Shown here: piece after piece, positions 1 to 10,047 of the stretch | Layout of the letters: the number at the start of each line of letters is the position of its first letter | Numbering within the stretch: position 1 is the first letter of the stretch | IMG/VR virus record: IMGVR_UViG_3300025162_000016 | Coordinates: 304,759-368,758 of that record | DNA length: 64,000 nt | Reading direction: 5' to 3' (one strand) | The notes under the pieces: model-generated | What the model was told of the DNA's origin: nothing | What the model saw: the letters and a program-made list of their open reading frames with translations, nothing else | Database searches by the model: none | Program-made: the position numbers and the translations under genes

Positions 1-361
1 GTATTTCACCAATTTATTTTTATAAAAATAAATATTAACTCTAAGAATGGTATTTCACCAATTTATTTTATAAAAATAATTATTAATTCTAAAAATGGTA
101 TTTCACCAATTTATTTTTATAAAATAAATATTAACTCTAAGAATGGGTATTTCACCAATTTATTTTTATAAAATAAATATTAACTCTAAGAATGGGTATT
201 TCACCAATTTATTTTTATAAAATAATTAATAACTCTAAGGTTAGAGTTATTTTTTTTTTTAATAAATCTAAGGTTAGAATTAATCGGTGAAAATACCACT
301 TGACGGGATAACTCTAAGGTTAGAGTTAATGAGAGGAATAAATCTAAGGTTAGAGTTGATC
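1..361. repeat. Tandem ~50-bp AT-rich repeats (GTATTTCACCAATTTATTTTTATAAAA..TAACTCTAAG) grading into palindromes
   Basis: About 5 near-identical units at 1-250, then 4 copies of TAA(C/A)TCTAAGGTTAGA(G/A)TT; runs off the left edge. Confidence 0.9.
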
Positions 362-492
362 GGGATATGGGTATAGTTGTACGTACTGGGAGGGAGAGAG
401 GGAGGGAGGGGAGAGAGCGGGATATTTGGATTGGAAAGATTGCGGAAAGAATAGCTTGCTTTTTTACGAGGGAGTAGTAAGATGTAAGGAAT

Positions 493-678
493 ATGATAAC
501 TAAATATAAATGTCCTCTATGTGATGGGTCAATGACGGCGATACCGGATAAGAAGGGTGTTATGGTGAAGTGCTATAATGAACCTTGTGATCCACAATGT
601 AAGGAGAATGTCTTTGGACATGGGAAGAATGAAAAAGATGCTTGGGAAACGGCGTGTGAGAAATATCCGAAGAAATAA
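493..678 (+). CDS. Small Cys-rich (Zn-ribbon-like) phage protein
   Basis: CPLC..C..C motifs; TTGCTT/TAAGAT promoter just upstream. Confidence 0.6.
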   Translation: MITKYKCPLCDGSMTAIPDKKGVMVKCYNEPCDPQCKENVFGHGKNEKDAWETACEKYPKK

Positions 679-774
679 AACAATCTGGTTGACAAAAACA
701 AATAAATCGGTATAGTTTGAAGTGTAATAGATAAACACGGTAAACAAAAAGCAGAATCGAAAGAAACAAAAATT

Positions 775-1803
775 ATGGCGCATCGCATCTTTGAGTATGA
801 CAGGCAGCAGGGTAAGGAGCAAGCATGGCACGGTAAGACGGTAATCACGCCGGATTTGACATTGGACAACAATTGGTTGCGGGAATGGGATTTGGTTCCT
901 CGCAAGATTGCGGATTTGGAAAATAACGAAGAATTGCCTTGGGTGTATCTGCGTTGTTCGGATAATTCGGTTATTCGTGTTGGCCAGCCATATAATCCGG
1001 CGACTTTTCAGCCGGTGAACAATGCGGATTTCTTGGATATGATTAAGGCCAGCATATCGGGCACACCGCATACGGTGAGTTCAGTAGGTTCCTTGCGCAA
1101 TCGGGGCCGGGTATTTGTGAGCATTGAATTGATGGGAATGGAGAAATTCAAGGCGGCGGGCCGGGATTTTGGTGCATTCCTGAATTTCGGTAATGGACAT
1201 GATAAGTCTTCGGTACTTTGGGTCAATACCAGCAACATTTGTACGGTTTGCGACAATACGTTTTCGTGCAATCTGGTATCTGTAGAAAATAAGGTGACTA
1301 AGACGGATGATGATAACGTCCGAATCAGCCAGCGGCATACTAAGAATGTTAAATTGCGGTTGCCGGACATTGCTTCAATGGTAGATAAGGCTATTAGGGT
1401 ACAGGCGGAATTCAAGCTGGAAATGGACAAGCTAGCTGCAATAGCCGTAAGCCGAAACGGAGTTACCCAGCTCTTTGCTGGGTTCATTGGGCGCAATGTA
1501 TCGGATAAAGCCAAGGGGTTATCAACTAGGGCGGTCAACACGGTTGCCAAGTTGGATGATTTGTTTGTCAATGGGCGGGGAAACAGGGGTGAAACGTTGG
1601 CCGATGCGTTTTCAGCTACCACGGACTTTTACACTCACTTTTCTTCTGGCGGTGAAAATGTGATGCGACAAATGGTATCGAGCGATTATGGGTCTGGTCA
1701 AGCCAACAAAGCAGAATTCTGGAATCTGGTTAGGAATGGGGAATTGCGGGAAACAACCAGAGCACGGGGCGAAGAATTGTTAGTGAATACTGCTAAAGAT
1801 TAG
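775..1803 (+). CDS. DUF932 family phage/plasmid protein
   Basis: MAH..AWHG, GSLRNRGRVF, NGHD, TVCDNT motifs; TTGACA/TATAGT promoter at 689-716. Confidence 0.85.
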   Translation: MAHRIFEYDRQQGKEQAWHGKTVITPDLTLDNNWLREWDLVPRKIADLENNEELPWVYLRCSDNSVIRVGQPYNPATFQPVNNADFLDMIKASISGTPHTVSSVGSLRNRGRVFVSIELMGMEKFKAAGRDFGAFLNFGNGHDKSSVLWVNTSNICTVCDNTFSCNLVSVENKVTKTDDDNVRISQRHTKNVKLRLPDIASMVDKAIRVQAEFKLEMDKLAAIAVSRNGVTQLFAGFIGRNVSDKAKGLSTRAVNTVAKLDDLFVNGRGNRGETLADAFSATTDFYTHFSSGGENVMRQMVSSDYGSGQANKAEFWNLVRNGELRETTRARGEELLVNTAKD

Positions 1804-1816
1804 GGGTGAGGAATCA

Positions 1817-1848
1817 GGGAGGGAGCCTAAAAACCCCCTCTCTTTTTT
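1817..1848 (+). terminator. Intrinsic terminator
   Basis: AGGGAGGGAG-loop-CCCCCTCTCT followed by T tract. Confidence 0.6.
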
Positions 1849-1886
1849 AATTTGACAAAAACAAATAAATCGGTATAATTCTGATA

Positions 1887-2150
1887 ATGAGAAATAAAAC
1901 ATTATATGCAGTGATACATCGTCACGAGTATGGAGCCGGATTTTATCTTGTTCGGTGTGCTCATGTTCCTAAGAAAGAAGAAGTTATTCAACATCTTGAT
2001 ATTGATATTGCTGATACGTTGGACGAAGAAGAAATAATTATCGAAGAAATTATTTCAAAAGAAGCGGTAGAAATCCCTGAACCGGATGGCACTGAGGGAC
2101 AAGACCGAAAGAGCTATACCGATACACAAGACCGTAAAAATTATTACTGA
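1887..2150 (+). CDS. Hypothetical acidic protein (probably leaderless)
   Basis: ATG ~7 nt after TATAAT of a TTGACA/TATAAT promoter. Confidence 0.7.
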   Translation: MRNKTLYAVIHRHEYGAGFYLVRCAHVPKKEEVIQHLDIDIADTLDEEEIIIEEIISKEAVEIPEPDGTEGQDRKSYTDTQDRKNYY

Positions 2151-2324
2151 TTTCGCTTGACTTTTTTTGGTCAATCGGTATAGTGTTATCTGCTCTCTCT
2201 CGGTATAGTGCCGGGAGGGGCATTTTTTATTTATTCACCGGCAACAATTCTAAGGTTAGAGTTGATCAACTGTGGGGGGGGGATATGATTTCGTTTGACT
2301 TTTGCATGTTCTGGAATATGCAAT

Positions 2325-2440
2325 AGTGAAGTGCTGGAACAGACCAGACACTATATCACTAAAAAATGAAACTTTGTAGTTGATAATTTTGAATAAACCG
2401 GTATAATTTATTTAGTGAAGTGCTGGAACAGACCAGACAC
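2325..2440 (+). repeat. Two solitary CRISPR-repeat variants (AGTGA...TCACT form)
   Basis: 2325-2360 AGTGAAGTGCTGGAACAGACCAGACACTATATCACT and a partial copy at 2414-2440. Confidence 0.9.
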
Positions 2441-2536
2441 AATAAGACGTAAGACGAAACAAGTAATCATTGACAAAATAAAAAATATCGGTATAGTTAG
2501 TAAAGTTAAGCGATTAAACAAATAAAACAATAAAAA

Positions 2537-2989
2537 ATGAAAAAACAAAATACGGAAGTAGTTGTTGTGACGGAAACGGAAACGGTAACGGCGACAGAAG
2601 TTAAGCGTGGGCGTGGGCGGCCCAGGTTTGAAATTAAGAAGCCGGAGACAAATACGTGGACAATGAATGATGTTAAGGCATTGAACCCTGATGTTTGTGC
2701 ATTGAGTTTATATCAGCATAAGAATAGGTGGATTGCGGAAAATTGGTGTGTGGATAGTGGGGAGCGAATTCCTACGGGCGGGGTGGGAAAGCCATTGACT
2801 GTGTTTATTGCGGTTGCGGCATTGCAACGGTCTAAGGCGGCAAAGAAGGCTGCAAAGACTCGTAAGATGAACAGCAAGCTTCCGGTGGCCCCTCCGGTGG
2901 ATATGGTTGCGGTTCCGGTGACTGATACGGTTGCGGTGACTGATGCGGTTCCGGTGACTGATGCGGTGGAGAATCTGGTGACGGTATAA
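2537..2989 (+). CDS. Putative DNA-binding protein (AT-hook RGRGRPR plus wHTH-like segment)
   Basis: AT-hook motif; segment similar to C-terminus of 5396-6046; VPVTDA repeats. Confidence 0.6.
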   Translation: MKKQNTEVVVVTETETVTATEVKRGRGRPRFEIKKPETNTWTMNDVKALNPDVCALSLYQHKNRWIAENWCVDSGERIPTGGVGKPLTVFIAVAALQRSKAAKKAAKTRKMNSKLPVAPPVDMVAVPVTDTVAVTDAVPVTDAVENLVTV

Positions 2990-3074
2990 TGGTTTACAAT
3001 AAAGACGGCGAGAAAAGTAAAATATTCTTTCCGTCTTTTCTTGACTTTTTATATTATATTCATACACTATACCC

Positions 3075-3884
3075 ATGAATAAAACAAAATTAAGTTTCAC
3101 TCACGGCAATGCAAAGTTATCAAAAGACACTGCAATTCTTTCCCTTCCGGCAGGATATACATGTCCTTTTGCGAACGAGTGCCGGTCTTGTTCGGATAAA
3201 GTTACCGGCAAGATTAAAGATGGTCCACATACGCAATTCCGTTGTTATGCCACAACGGCAGAGTGTTTATTTCCTAACATACGGAGAAGTCGGTGGAATA
3301 ATTTTGAGCTTATTAAAAACGCTAAAACAACAATCGGTATGGCAAATTTGATTGAACAATCTTTGGAAGGGAAGAAAAAAATCAAATTGGTTAGATTTCA
3401 TCAAAGCGGCGATTTCTTTTCGCAAGCATATTTCGATGCTTGGCTTATGGTTGCTCAAAATCATTCTAATCTAATTTTCTATGGTTATACTAAGGCATTG
3501 CCTTATTGGGTAAAGCGATTAGAGGCAATTCCTGCTAATTTTAGGATTGTAGCCTCAAGGGGTGGGACGCATGACAATTTGATTGAAATGTTTGGGTTGC
3601 GGTCGGTGCGGGTTGTGTTATCTGAGCGAGAGGCACGCCGGAAATGGAAGCTTCAAATTGACCATGATGATTCGCATGTCTGGAATTATGACAAGGACTT
3701 TGCCATTGTCATACATGGCATCCAACCGGCGGGAACAAAGGCTAGTAAAGCATGGCAGAAAATTAAAACGCATGGCAAAGGTGGATATAAAGCCAAATAT
3801 TTTGGTGACAAGAAAGTTAAAAAGCAGAATAGTGCAGAAGGCTGGAAAGTTAAACGAGTTTTTGCCGATAAAATAGCGGCATAA
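3075..3884 (+). CDS. Gp88-like phage protein
   Basis: GNAKL, SLPAGYTCP..C, CYA, RFHQSGDF, FYGYTK motifs. Confidence 0.8.
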   Translation: MNKTKLSFTHGNAKLSKDTAILSLPAGYTCPFANECRSCSDKVTGKIKDGPHTQFRCYATTAECLFPNIRRSRWNNFELIKNAKTTIGMANLIEQSLEGKKKIKLVRFHQSGDFFSQAYFDAWLMVAQNHSNLIFYGYTKALPYWVKRLEAIPANFRIVASRGGTHDNLIEMFGLRSVRVVLSEREARRKWKLQIDHDDSHVWNYDKDFAIVIHGIQPAGTKASKAWQKIKTHGKGGYKAKYFGDKKVKKQNSAEGWKVKRVFADKIAA

Positions 3885-3935
3885 AAAACACTAAATACCG
3901 TTGACTTTAATCAAGTTAACGGTATTCTTTTATTT

Positions 3936-4124
3936 ATGAGAACAATACTTGGTCCCGGTGCAAAGTGCCGGGGATATGTTAAAGAGACTGCTAATGGTAA
4001 GGAATTGCTTTCTTCTGGCGGTACCTTACTGGGATACTATAATGAAGATACTGATCAAACACTTGAGCCAGGGGGAAACTTGTATTCCTATGGTGATTGT
4101 CTTATCGAATTGCTTGAAGATTAA
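3936..4124 (+). CDS. Hypothetical protein
   Basis: ORF directly after TTGACT/TATTCT promoter. Confidence 0.6.
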   Translation: MRTILGPGAKCRGYVKETANGKELLSSGGTLLGYYNEDTDQTLEPGGNLYSYGDCLIELLED

Positions 4125-4134
4125 TGTTAACACT

Positions 4135-4452
4135 ATGAACATGAATAATAGAGTTACCCTACAGCGAACAATATTTACTAATTGGAACACCCAAAATCAG
4201 ACTTACGGATACCGTGCGTATGATGATCAAGGGCAAACGTACGGGAATTGTTTTTCTCTTTTGCAAATGAATTTGCCGGATGATCAATTCTTTAGATTGG
4301 TTTATTCGCAGTGTGATGAAATGGTGGCGGCAATGGTAGATTCCTGTTATGAGAATGCGCTTGGAATTGAAATTGATGGGGACGATAAATCGTATGAATG
4401 GGTGAAAGAAACACTTGCAAAAGAGACAGAAATCAGTAATATGACGGTATAA
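4135..4452 (+). CDS. Hypothetical protein
   Basis: ATG at 4135 in frame with track ORF 3949-4452; follows the previous gene. Confidence 0.6.
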   Translation: MNMNNRVTLQRTIFTNWNTQNQTYGYRAYDDQGQTYGNCFSLLQMNLPDDQFFRLVYSQCDEMVAAMVDSCYENALGIEIDGDDKSYEWVKETLAKETEISNMTV

Positions 4453-4465
4453 GAATAATAAAAAC

Positions 4466-4771
4466 ATGAAAATTACATTGAATCAAGCATATCGGTTATT
4501 GGAAGATTGTTCGGCGGTTATTTGGGCGGATTATTTTCTTACATTCCCAGCATTGCAAGATGAGGATAATGAGCCAAAAATGTTTTTGTCCTTAGACTCT
4601 ACGGATGAACACGGGAAAGTGTTTCTGGTGGAATTCTATCGACAAGATAATCAAGAAGTTAAAGCGATTGGGAATTCTTTATTTCTCACGGATACAACGG
4701 GTGAAGAAATTCAACTAACATTATTGCATGCAATGAACACGGAAATTTATTTGGATGGAAAACCGGATTAA
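4466..4771 (+). CDS. Hypothetical protein
   Basis: ORF in operon order. Confidence 0.6.
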   Translation: MKITLNQAYRLLEDCSAVIWADYFLTFPALQDEDNEPKMFLSLDSTDEHGKVFLVEFYRQDNQEVKAIGNSLFLTDTTGEEIQLTLLHAMNTEIYLDGKPD

Positions 4772-4851
4772 TTAAATCTATTAGTTTCCCGTCTATAACA
4801 GGGCGGGGAACTAAGTCTTGACAAAACAGAAATGTAGTATATTATCCTAAT

Positions 4852-5064
4852 ATGATTATTAACAAAATTACCTATGGGTTTGTAGTTCAACAATGGGATA
4901 CAGAAAAAAAACAATGGGTTGGACAAGACTTTGTTGCCGGGGACGTGGTTGAATTTGAAGATGAAACGGGGGATATGATTGATGATGCGGAAATGGAAGA
5001 AATCGAGAGCAAGCCAGCATTATCATTTAAAATGGTTCAACCAGAAAACGAAGCAAAGGCTTGA
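4852..5064 (+). CDS. Hypothetical acidic protein
   Basis: ORF after TTGACA promoter. Confidence 0.65.
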   Translation: MIINKITYGFVVQQWDTEKKQWVGQDFVAGDVVEFEDETGDMIDDAEMEEIESKPALSFKMVQPENEAKA

Positions 5065-5136
5065 CAATTCCAACTAAAGCAGTATAATTTAAGTCGGTGG
5101 TTGCATGTTCTGGAATATGTGCTATATATGATAGAC

Positions 5137-5356
5137 AGTGAAGTGCTGGAACAGACCAGTTACTATATCACTTTATGTTGTTATCTTTTTTAAATTTATC
5201 CCTTGTGAATAAATCTAAGGTTAGAGTTAAAATAACTTGCATGTTTCGGGGATAAGTGCTATATATGATAGACAGTGAAGTGCTGGAACAGACCAGTCAC
5301 TAAAACACTGGGAATATGTGCTACTGTATGCGATAATGAAGTGCTGGAACAAACCG
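5137..5356 (+). repeat. Cluster of three solitary CRISPR-repeat variants
   Basis: 5137-5172, 5274-5309 and degenerate 5335-5356; first two preceded by TTGCATGTT..GTGCTATATATGATAGAC. Confidence 0.9.
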
Positions 5357-5395
5357 ACATTGAAAATAGTTGACTTTTGATGGTGTATCGGTATA

Positions 5396-6046
5396 ATGAG
5401 CAAGATGAAACAAATTGAAGTTGAATTCAAAACTAATGCCAATGGCACCGGGATGCAATTTTTCCGGCAAATTAAAAAAGGTTTTACCCCTAAAGGTAAA
5501 GCTGTATACATATATGAACGTATTCATGCGATTGGAGATAAAGAAGGGGAAACATTTGGATTTGAAGTTATTGCGCCTTCGATAAAGAAGGCAGGAACGT
5601 ATTCGTTACCTGGTGGCAAATCAATTACGTATGCTGAGGATTTTGAGGAATATCCTGGGGCGTCTAAGTTTGGAATATCAGCCTGGTCGTATCCCGCTTA
5701 TCAAGCTGGCGGGGCACGATGGAAATTTGAACAGCTTACAAAAGAACTAATAGAAATTGAAGAAATCGAAGAAACTAATAATATGATTGAAAACGATAAT
5801 GTAGATACAAATGAAGTGCCGTCTAATGTTACTAAGTCGAGGGGACGGCCCAAGAATGATCGTCCGTTGCTAAGTATTCCGTCGGGGGAGTTTAGTACAA
5901 CGGAGCTATGTAAACTAAACAATACTGATTATTCTGTGGCGGCAGTGTTTTTGAGGGACTGTGAAGCGGCTGGGACGGTAAAGCGAACCCGTACCGAGAG
6001 GCGTAATGCTAAGGGGAAGGAAACTCAATTGTTTCAAGTTGTGTAA
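5396..6046 (+). CDS. Hypothetical protein with C-terminal AT-hook (RGRPK) and wHTH-like domain
   Basis: 216-aa ORF after TTGACT/TATAAT promoter. Confidence 0.65.
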   Translation: MSKMKQIEVEFKTNANGTGMQFFRQIKKGFTPKGKAVYIYERIHAIGDKEGETFGFEVIAPSIKKAGTYSLPGGKSITYAEDFEEYPGASKFGISAWSYPAYQAGGARWKFEQLTKELIEIEEIEETNNMIENDNVDTNEVPSNVTKSRGRPKNDRPLLSIPSGEFSTTELCKLNNTDYSVAAVFLRDCEAAGTVKRTRTERRNAKGKETQLFQVV

Positions 6047-6048
6047 AT

Positions 6049-6372
6049 ATGAAATCGAATAAGCCTATCCCTGAAACATATACGAACCGTGTAGCTCAAT
6101 TTAACAAGACTGAGCAACGATTGCCTAATGTTCCTGTTAAAGGCAAGGAGCCGGGTTCTACGCTCACGGATACGACCAAAGAAAACCCTTATATGATTGC
6201 TCGTCTTAAAGTTCTTAATGACTATAAAGAGGGTAGGCGTATTGAAGTGTTGGCAATGGAAAGAGATAATAGAATTGATCACCGGCATTATGAGGAATTC
6301 GTTACCGATGTTCTTAGGGTAGCCGGGGATATTCCTTCTCTGGCTATCCGAAATCGAATCAAAGGAATCTAA
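6049..6372 (+). CDS. Hypothetical protein
   Basis: Coupled to previous gene; terminator at 6395-6424. Confidence 0.6.
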   Translation: MKSNKPIPETYTNRVAQFNKTEQRLPNVPVKGKEPGSTLTDTTKENPYMIARLKVLNDYKEGRRIEVLAMERDNRIDHRHYEEFVTDVLRVAGDIPSLAIRNRIKGI

Positions 6373-6431
6373 TCTAATCTAATCTAATCTACAAATCCCC
6401 TGTCAAGTGACGGGGGATTTTTTATATATTT

Positions 6432-7020
6432 AGTGAATTACTGGAACAGACCAGTCACTATCAACTCTAAGATTAGAATTAAAACGAATTGCATTTTTTT
6501 GAAATTTCTAGTGAATTACTGGAACAGACCAGTCACTAAAACACTACCGGAGAAGGAGTAATAATTTTTTATCACCCTTCTCCGGCATATATGTAGTGAC
6601 GTGCTGGGATATATCAGTCACTAAAACACTCAGACTGTACGGTAAAGGTATCAGCACTTTCCCAACTAAAATGATCTACGATTGCTTTACCGGCAGCATC
6701 ATCTTGATCAAATGCCAATTTGGGTTCAAAATCCGCTTGTTCCGCTTTATTCATAGCAAATTTATAATGATACCCATTATCGTAATCATCTTCGGTACAG
6801 ATTAATTTACAAAAGTAAAAGTCTGGTTCTCCATTACTGTTAATCCCGGCTACCATCATCTTTAAGTCAAGCATAAAGTCAAGCATATTTTTGTTTTTAA
6901 TCGGTTAATTGTTTTTTTACTGTGATATGATTATACGGATTTACGGATAGGAGTCAACTAATAAATGTATATATTTAGTGACGTGCTGGAACAGACCAGT
7001 CTCTATATCTCTATATCACT
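6432..7020 (+). repeat. Four degenerate solitary CRISPR-repeat variants
   Basis: Starts at 6432, 6510, 6595, 6977 (AGTGAATTACTGGAACAGACCAGTCACT / AGTGACGTGCTGG forms). Confidence 0.85.
6614..6886 (-). CDS. Hypothetical acidic protein
   Basis: 90-aa ORF; minus-strand TTGACT/TATAAT promoter at ~6930-6958. Confidence 0.6.
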   Translation of the reverse strand: MLDFMLDLKMMVAGINSNGEPDFYFCKLICTEDDYDNGYHYKFAMNKAEQADFEPKLAFDQDDAAGKAIVDHFSWESADTFTVQSECFSD

Positions 7021-7031
7021 AAATTACTAAA

Positions 7032-7217
7032 TTATTCTTCTTCTAATTTTTCTAGGCGATATTGGCGCAAAGCTTCATTGGTTTGCATTTCGTCTATAAT
7101 ATCGCATTCTTGGGGTTGAAATAATCCCATTATACCGACATTTTCGGCATCTATTGATCCGATGATTTCACCGAATTCATTAACTTCTACGTTTTTATTC
7201 TTTCTCGGTCTGCCCAT
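7032..7217 (-). CDS. Small protein with N-terminal AT-hook (GRPRK)
   Basis: 61-aa ORF with A-rich leader. Confidence 0.6.
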   Translation of the reverse strand: MGRPRKNKNVEVNEFGEIIGSIDAENVGIMGLFQPQECDIIDEMQTNEALRQYRLEKLEEE

Positions 7218-7531
7218 AATTTTGTTTTTGGTTTAATTGTTTTTCAACTATGATTTCACCAATTTATTGATTTCGGGATGAAAGTCAACAATTTTCTTCA
7301 ATTATTTTTCAGATTTCACCGATTTCACCGAATCTATTTTTTCCTATTTCACCGGCGATTTTCATTATACCGATTTTTTCAGAAAGTCAAGCTCCGGTTT
7401 TTATTAAATCTAAGGTTAGAATTGATCCCGTGGGGTGACTTCTAGTATGCCATAATGGCAGGAACCCGCTTTGCCGTGAAATAGTTTTGATATTTCGTTG
7501 ACTTTTTTTATGGTATCGGTATGATGGCGAC

Positions 7532-7858
7532 ATGATTAAAAACAATAAAAACCTTATCACGGTGGCCTTCAATCCAACTTGTTCGGTTGGACAAGATGGT
7601 GATTGGGCCGAGGGCAATAGCAAATTGGCGGCGATAGAACAGGCTTACGAAAACATATCGGGGACTCATGATTCAACCGAATCGCTTGCTAAGCTAAGCT
7701 ATGAAATTGTTAATCTTTGGGAATTACCGGATGTAAGTTATAATGCCTTTTCCCGTTTGCATGCACAATGGCGTCTTGCTCGTCATAATGGATGGACGAG
7801 CGATGAGGCCGATAAAATAATGATGGAAGAACTCGTTCGCCGGGAAGAAGAGGGTTGA
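7532..7858 (+). CDS. Hypothetical protein
   Basis: ATG just after TTGACT/TATGAT promoter. Confidence 0.6.
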   Translation: MIKNNKNLITVAFNPTCSVGQDGDWAEGNSKLAAIEQAYENISGTHDSTESLAKLSYEIVNLWELPDVSYNAFSRLHAQWRLARHNGWTSDEADKIMMEELVRREEEG

Positions 7859-7889
7859 CTTTGTTAAAACAATTCATATACTTTGAAAT

Positions 7890-8159
7890 ATGAAATTATT
7901 CACTGATATTGATGTTACGCCACACGGGGCAATTGTGGGTGCCGGTTCACTTTCGGTTAATCGATCGGAATTGATTACGGACATGCTACCTTGGCAAGAA
8001 CGGTGTTTACAGGAAACCGCTACTGGCTACGGTGCTAAATTGACTACAAGTCTTAAAATTAATTTTAATGGCAAGCTGTTTAGGATTTATAGCACTTGCT
8101 ATGGCAATGCCGGTTCATGTTGGTTCATTGCAAAGAAACGAAAAATATTTGTGTATTAA
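7890..8159 (+). CDS. Hypothetical phage protein
   Basis: TATGYGAKL..CYGNAGS; own promoter, duplicated at 8162-8205. Confidence 0.65.
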   Translation: MKLFTDIDVTPHGAIVGAGSLSVNRSELITDMLPWQERCLQETATGYGAKLTTSLKINFNGKLFRIYSTCYGNAGSCWFIAKKRKIFVY

Positions 8160-8473
8160 TGTTGACTTTGTTAAAACAGTTCATATACTTTGAAATATGA
8201 AATTCAACGTTAAGTACCGATCCAGCACTTCTTTTTTAGCACCAAAGGTTTACCGTGTTATAGTTGAAGCTGCCGACATGGAAACTTGTAAGACAGCAAT
8301 AAATTCATGGAGAGTGCGTGAACTTCGACTTGGTAATAAATTTACAATAATTTCCATCACGGAGACTTGACTTTGTTAAAACAATTCAAGCTGATTATCT
8401 TTCGGAAGTTAAATATTACCGTTGACATTCATTAAAAATCCGGTATGATTATAGATAGTTCTAATAAAACAAT

Positions 8474-8725
8474 ATGAAATATAGATTCACAATGCCGACA
8501 CAAGCACAATGTGATGCGTTATGTATTAAACGAGATGGATTGTATGGTCGTACTCAAATGTGGTTATTGGGAGCAGCAACGGCAGTATCTTGGGTAACTA
8601 AGATCAATTTGATGTTGTCTTTTCCGGGAAATTCATTTATCATGGAAACCAGTAGCGAAATCGTGGTAGATGGTATTACCGAACGATTAGAATCTTATGG
8701 GTTCATTCGGGAAGAAATGAAATAA
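8474..8725 (+). CDS. Hypothetical protein
   Basis: ORF after TTGACA/TATGAT promoter. Confidence 0.55.
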   Translation: MKYRFTMPTQAQCDALCIKRDGLYGRTQMWLLGAATAVSWVTKINLMLSFPGNSFIMETSSEIVVDGITERLESYGFIREEMK

Positions 8726-8730
8726 GAATT

Positions 8731-8985
8731 TGATTTCACCAATTTCCCAGTCGATTTCACCAATCGACTGGGAGACAGTTTTCTCCTTTTTTTCACCGCT
8801 CATTCAATATTCCGGTATTTCTCAAAAAAACAAGCAATTTTATTAACTCTAACCTTAGAGTTGATCGGCAAGTGTGGGAGAGACTGTGAGACTGTGAGAG
8901 TGGGAGAGAAATTGCCGGTGGCTAAAATAGAGTAAAATAAGTCTTGCAATACCGGGAATAATCCGTAGAATGTTGACAATGAAAC
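8731..8985 (+). promoter_or_regulatory. Repeated hairpin-palindrome-promoter cassette (copies at ~10061-10305 and ~10860-11056)
   Basis: Near-identical ~250-bp blocks ending TTGCAATACCGGGAATAATCCGTAGAATG upstream of unrelated genes. Confidence 0.85.
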
Positions 8986-9377
8986 GAATAACAATCAATC
9001 TTATACGTGCCGATGGCGAAGTCTTTTGGAAGGGTCAAACCGAATTCGGGAGCGTTGTCTTGTGTAAGTCCCCTATTGACAACATATTTCCTATTGCGTT
9101 GAATCTTAATTCATTGCAAATGGTTATATCTTCAAATGAACAGCCGGGGTTTTCTTTGATAAAACTATGTCAATCGGGTGGTTATTGGGCCTGGAACCTA
9201 TCCGGTATGGAACAACAACCGACTCTCTTAAACGGTCGCCTCTATTTCCCTTCAGCGCACTATTTTGGATTTGCGGAATCAACTATAGATGCGATTTTAC
9301 GAAGACTAATGGGCAAAGGAAAGAATTATTCTCTTTCCGGGAATCGTAAAGTGTGGATAAAATTCAATACTATTTGA
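8979..9377 (+). CDS. Hypothetical protein
   Basis: ATG 7 nt after TAGAAT -10 box. Confidence 0.55.
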   Translation: MKRITINLIRADGEVFWKGQTEFGSVVLCKSPIDNIFPIALNLNSLQMVISSNEQPGFSLIKLCQSGGYWAWNLSGMEQQPTLLNGRLYFPSAHYFGFAESTIDAILRRLMGKGKNYSLSGNRKVWIKFNTI

Positions 9378-9440
9378 CTTCCCGGCAATAACTCATATAC
9401 TACTCATAGTTAATTAAACAAATAAAGCTAAACAAATATT

Positions 9441-10013
9441 ATGGGCTGGACATTTACAAATAAAGGTTCACAGACAACCAAAGAATTCTTCGAGCGAGCA
9501 TTCAACTATGACAAGCCGGACGAGGGCCGAAGCGGTAATATCATCCGGTTTTCTTCTACGTGGACAACCGCTTATATTGCGTATGAAGTTAAAATTCCGG
9601 CAACGGCGGAATCGCCAGCCAAAAGAGATGTTATCGCAATTGTATGTTTGCTTCGCCATGTTCCTAATGCTAAAGACGGCTACACTTTTGGCTATAAGGA
9701 CATGACGGAAAATATGGGGCCATACGAAAGCAAGTGCCCGAAAACAATTTTGAATTTGCTTACCCCAACAACGAGCGAGTATGCTATTAATTGGCGTAAG
9801 CGGTGCTGGGATAGAATTAACAGGAAAGCTAATGCGCCTAAAGTGAAAGCCGGTGACTTGGTTAAATTTACTGAAATTATTTCTTTCCAACATGGAATAA
9901 AAACGGATTTCCTGACATGGGTTAAAGGTAGTACCTTTCGATATGGGTATAGCCTATGTCGAATTCCCAATTGGAAAGAACGGGAATATATTAACCTTGG
10001 CGCAATTGTTTAG
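9441..10013 (+). CDS. DUF6927-like protein
   Basis: MGW start, GYKDMTENMGP..CP..IL..L..A..WR.RC motif. Confidence 0.7.
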   Translation: MGWTFTNKGSQTTKEFFERAFNYDKPDEGRSGNIIRFSSTWTTAYIAYEVKIPATAESPAKRDVIAIVCLLRHVPNAKDGYTFGYKDMTENMGPYESKCPKTILNLLTPTTSEYAINWRKRCWDRINRKANAPKVKAGDLVKFTEIISFQHGIKTDFLTWVKGSTFRYGYSLCRIPNWKEREYINLGAIV

Positions 10014-10047
10014 TGAAGTGCTGGAACAGACCAGTTACTATATCACT
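10012..10047 (+). repeat. Solitary CRISPR repeat (AGTGA...TCACT form)
   Basis: Full 36-mer overlapping the TAG stop of 9441-10013. Confidence 0.9.

Noticed and set aside
529-1663. Long antisense and alternate-frame ORFs over DUF932 and other genes (e.g. 1008-1622, 61587-62135)
   Set aside because: Shadows of well-supported genes, with no motifs of their own
2325-7020. Calling the early-region repeat clusters true CRISPR arrays
   Set aside because: Irregular spacing, no leader, and the intervening DNA is promoter or palindrome sequence
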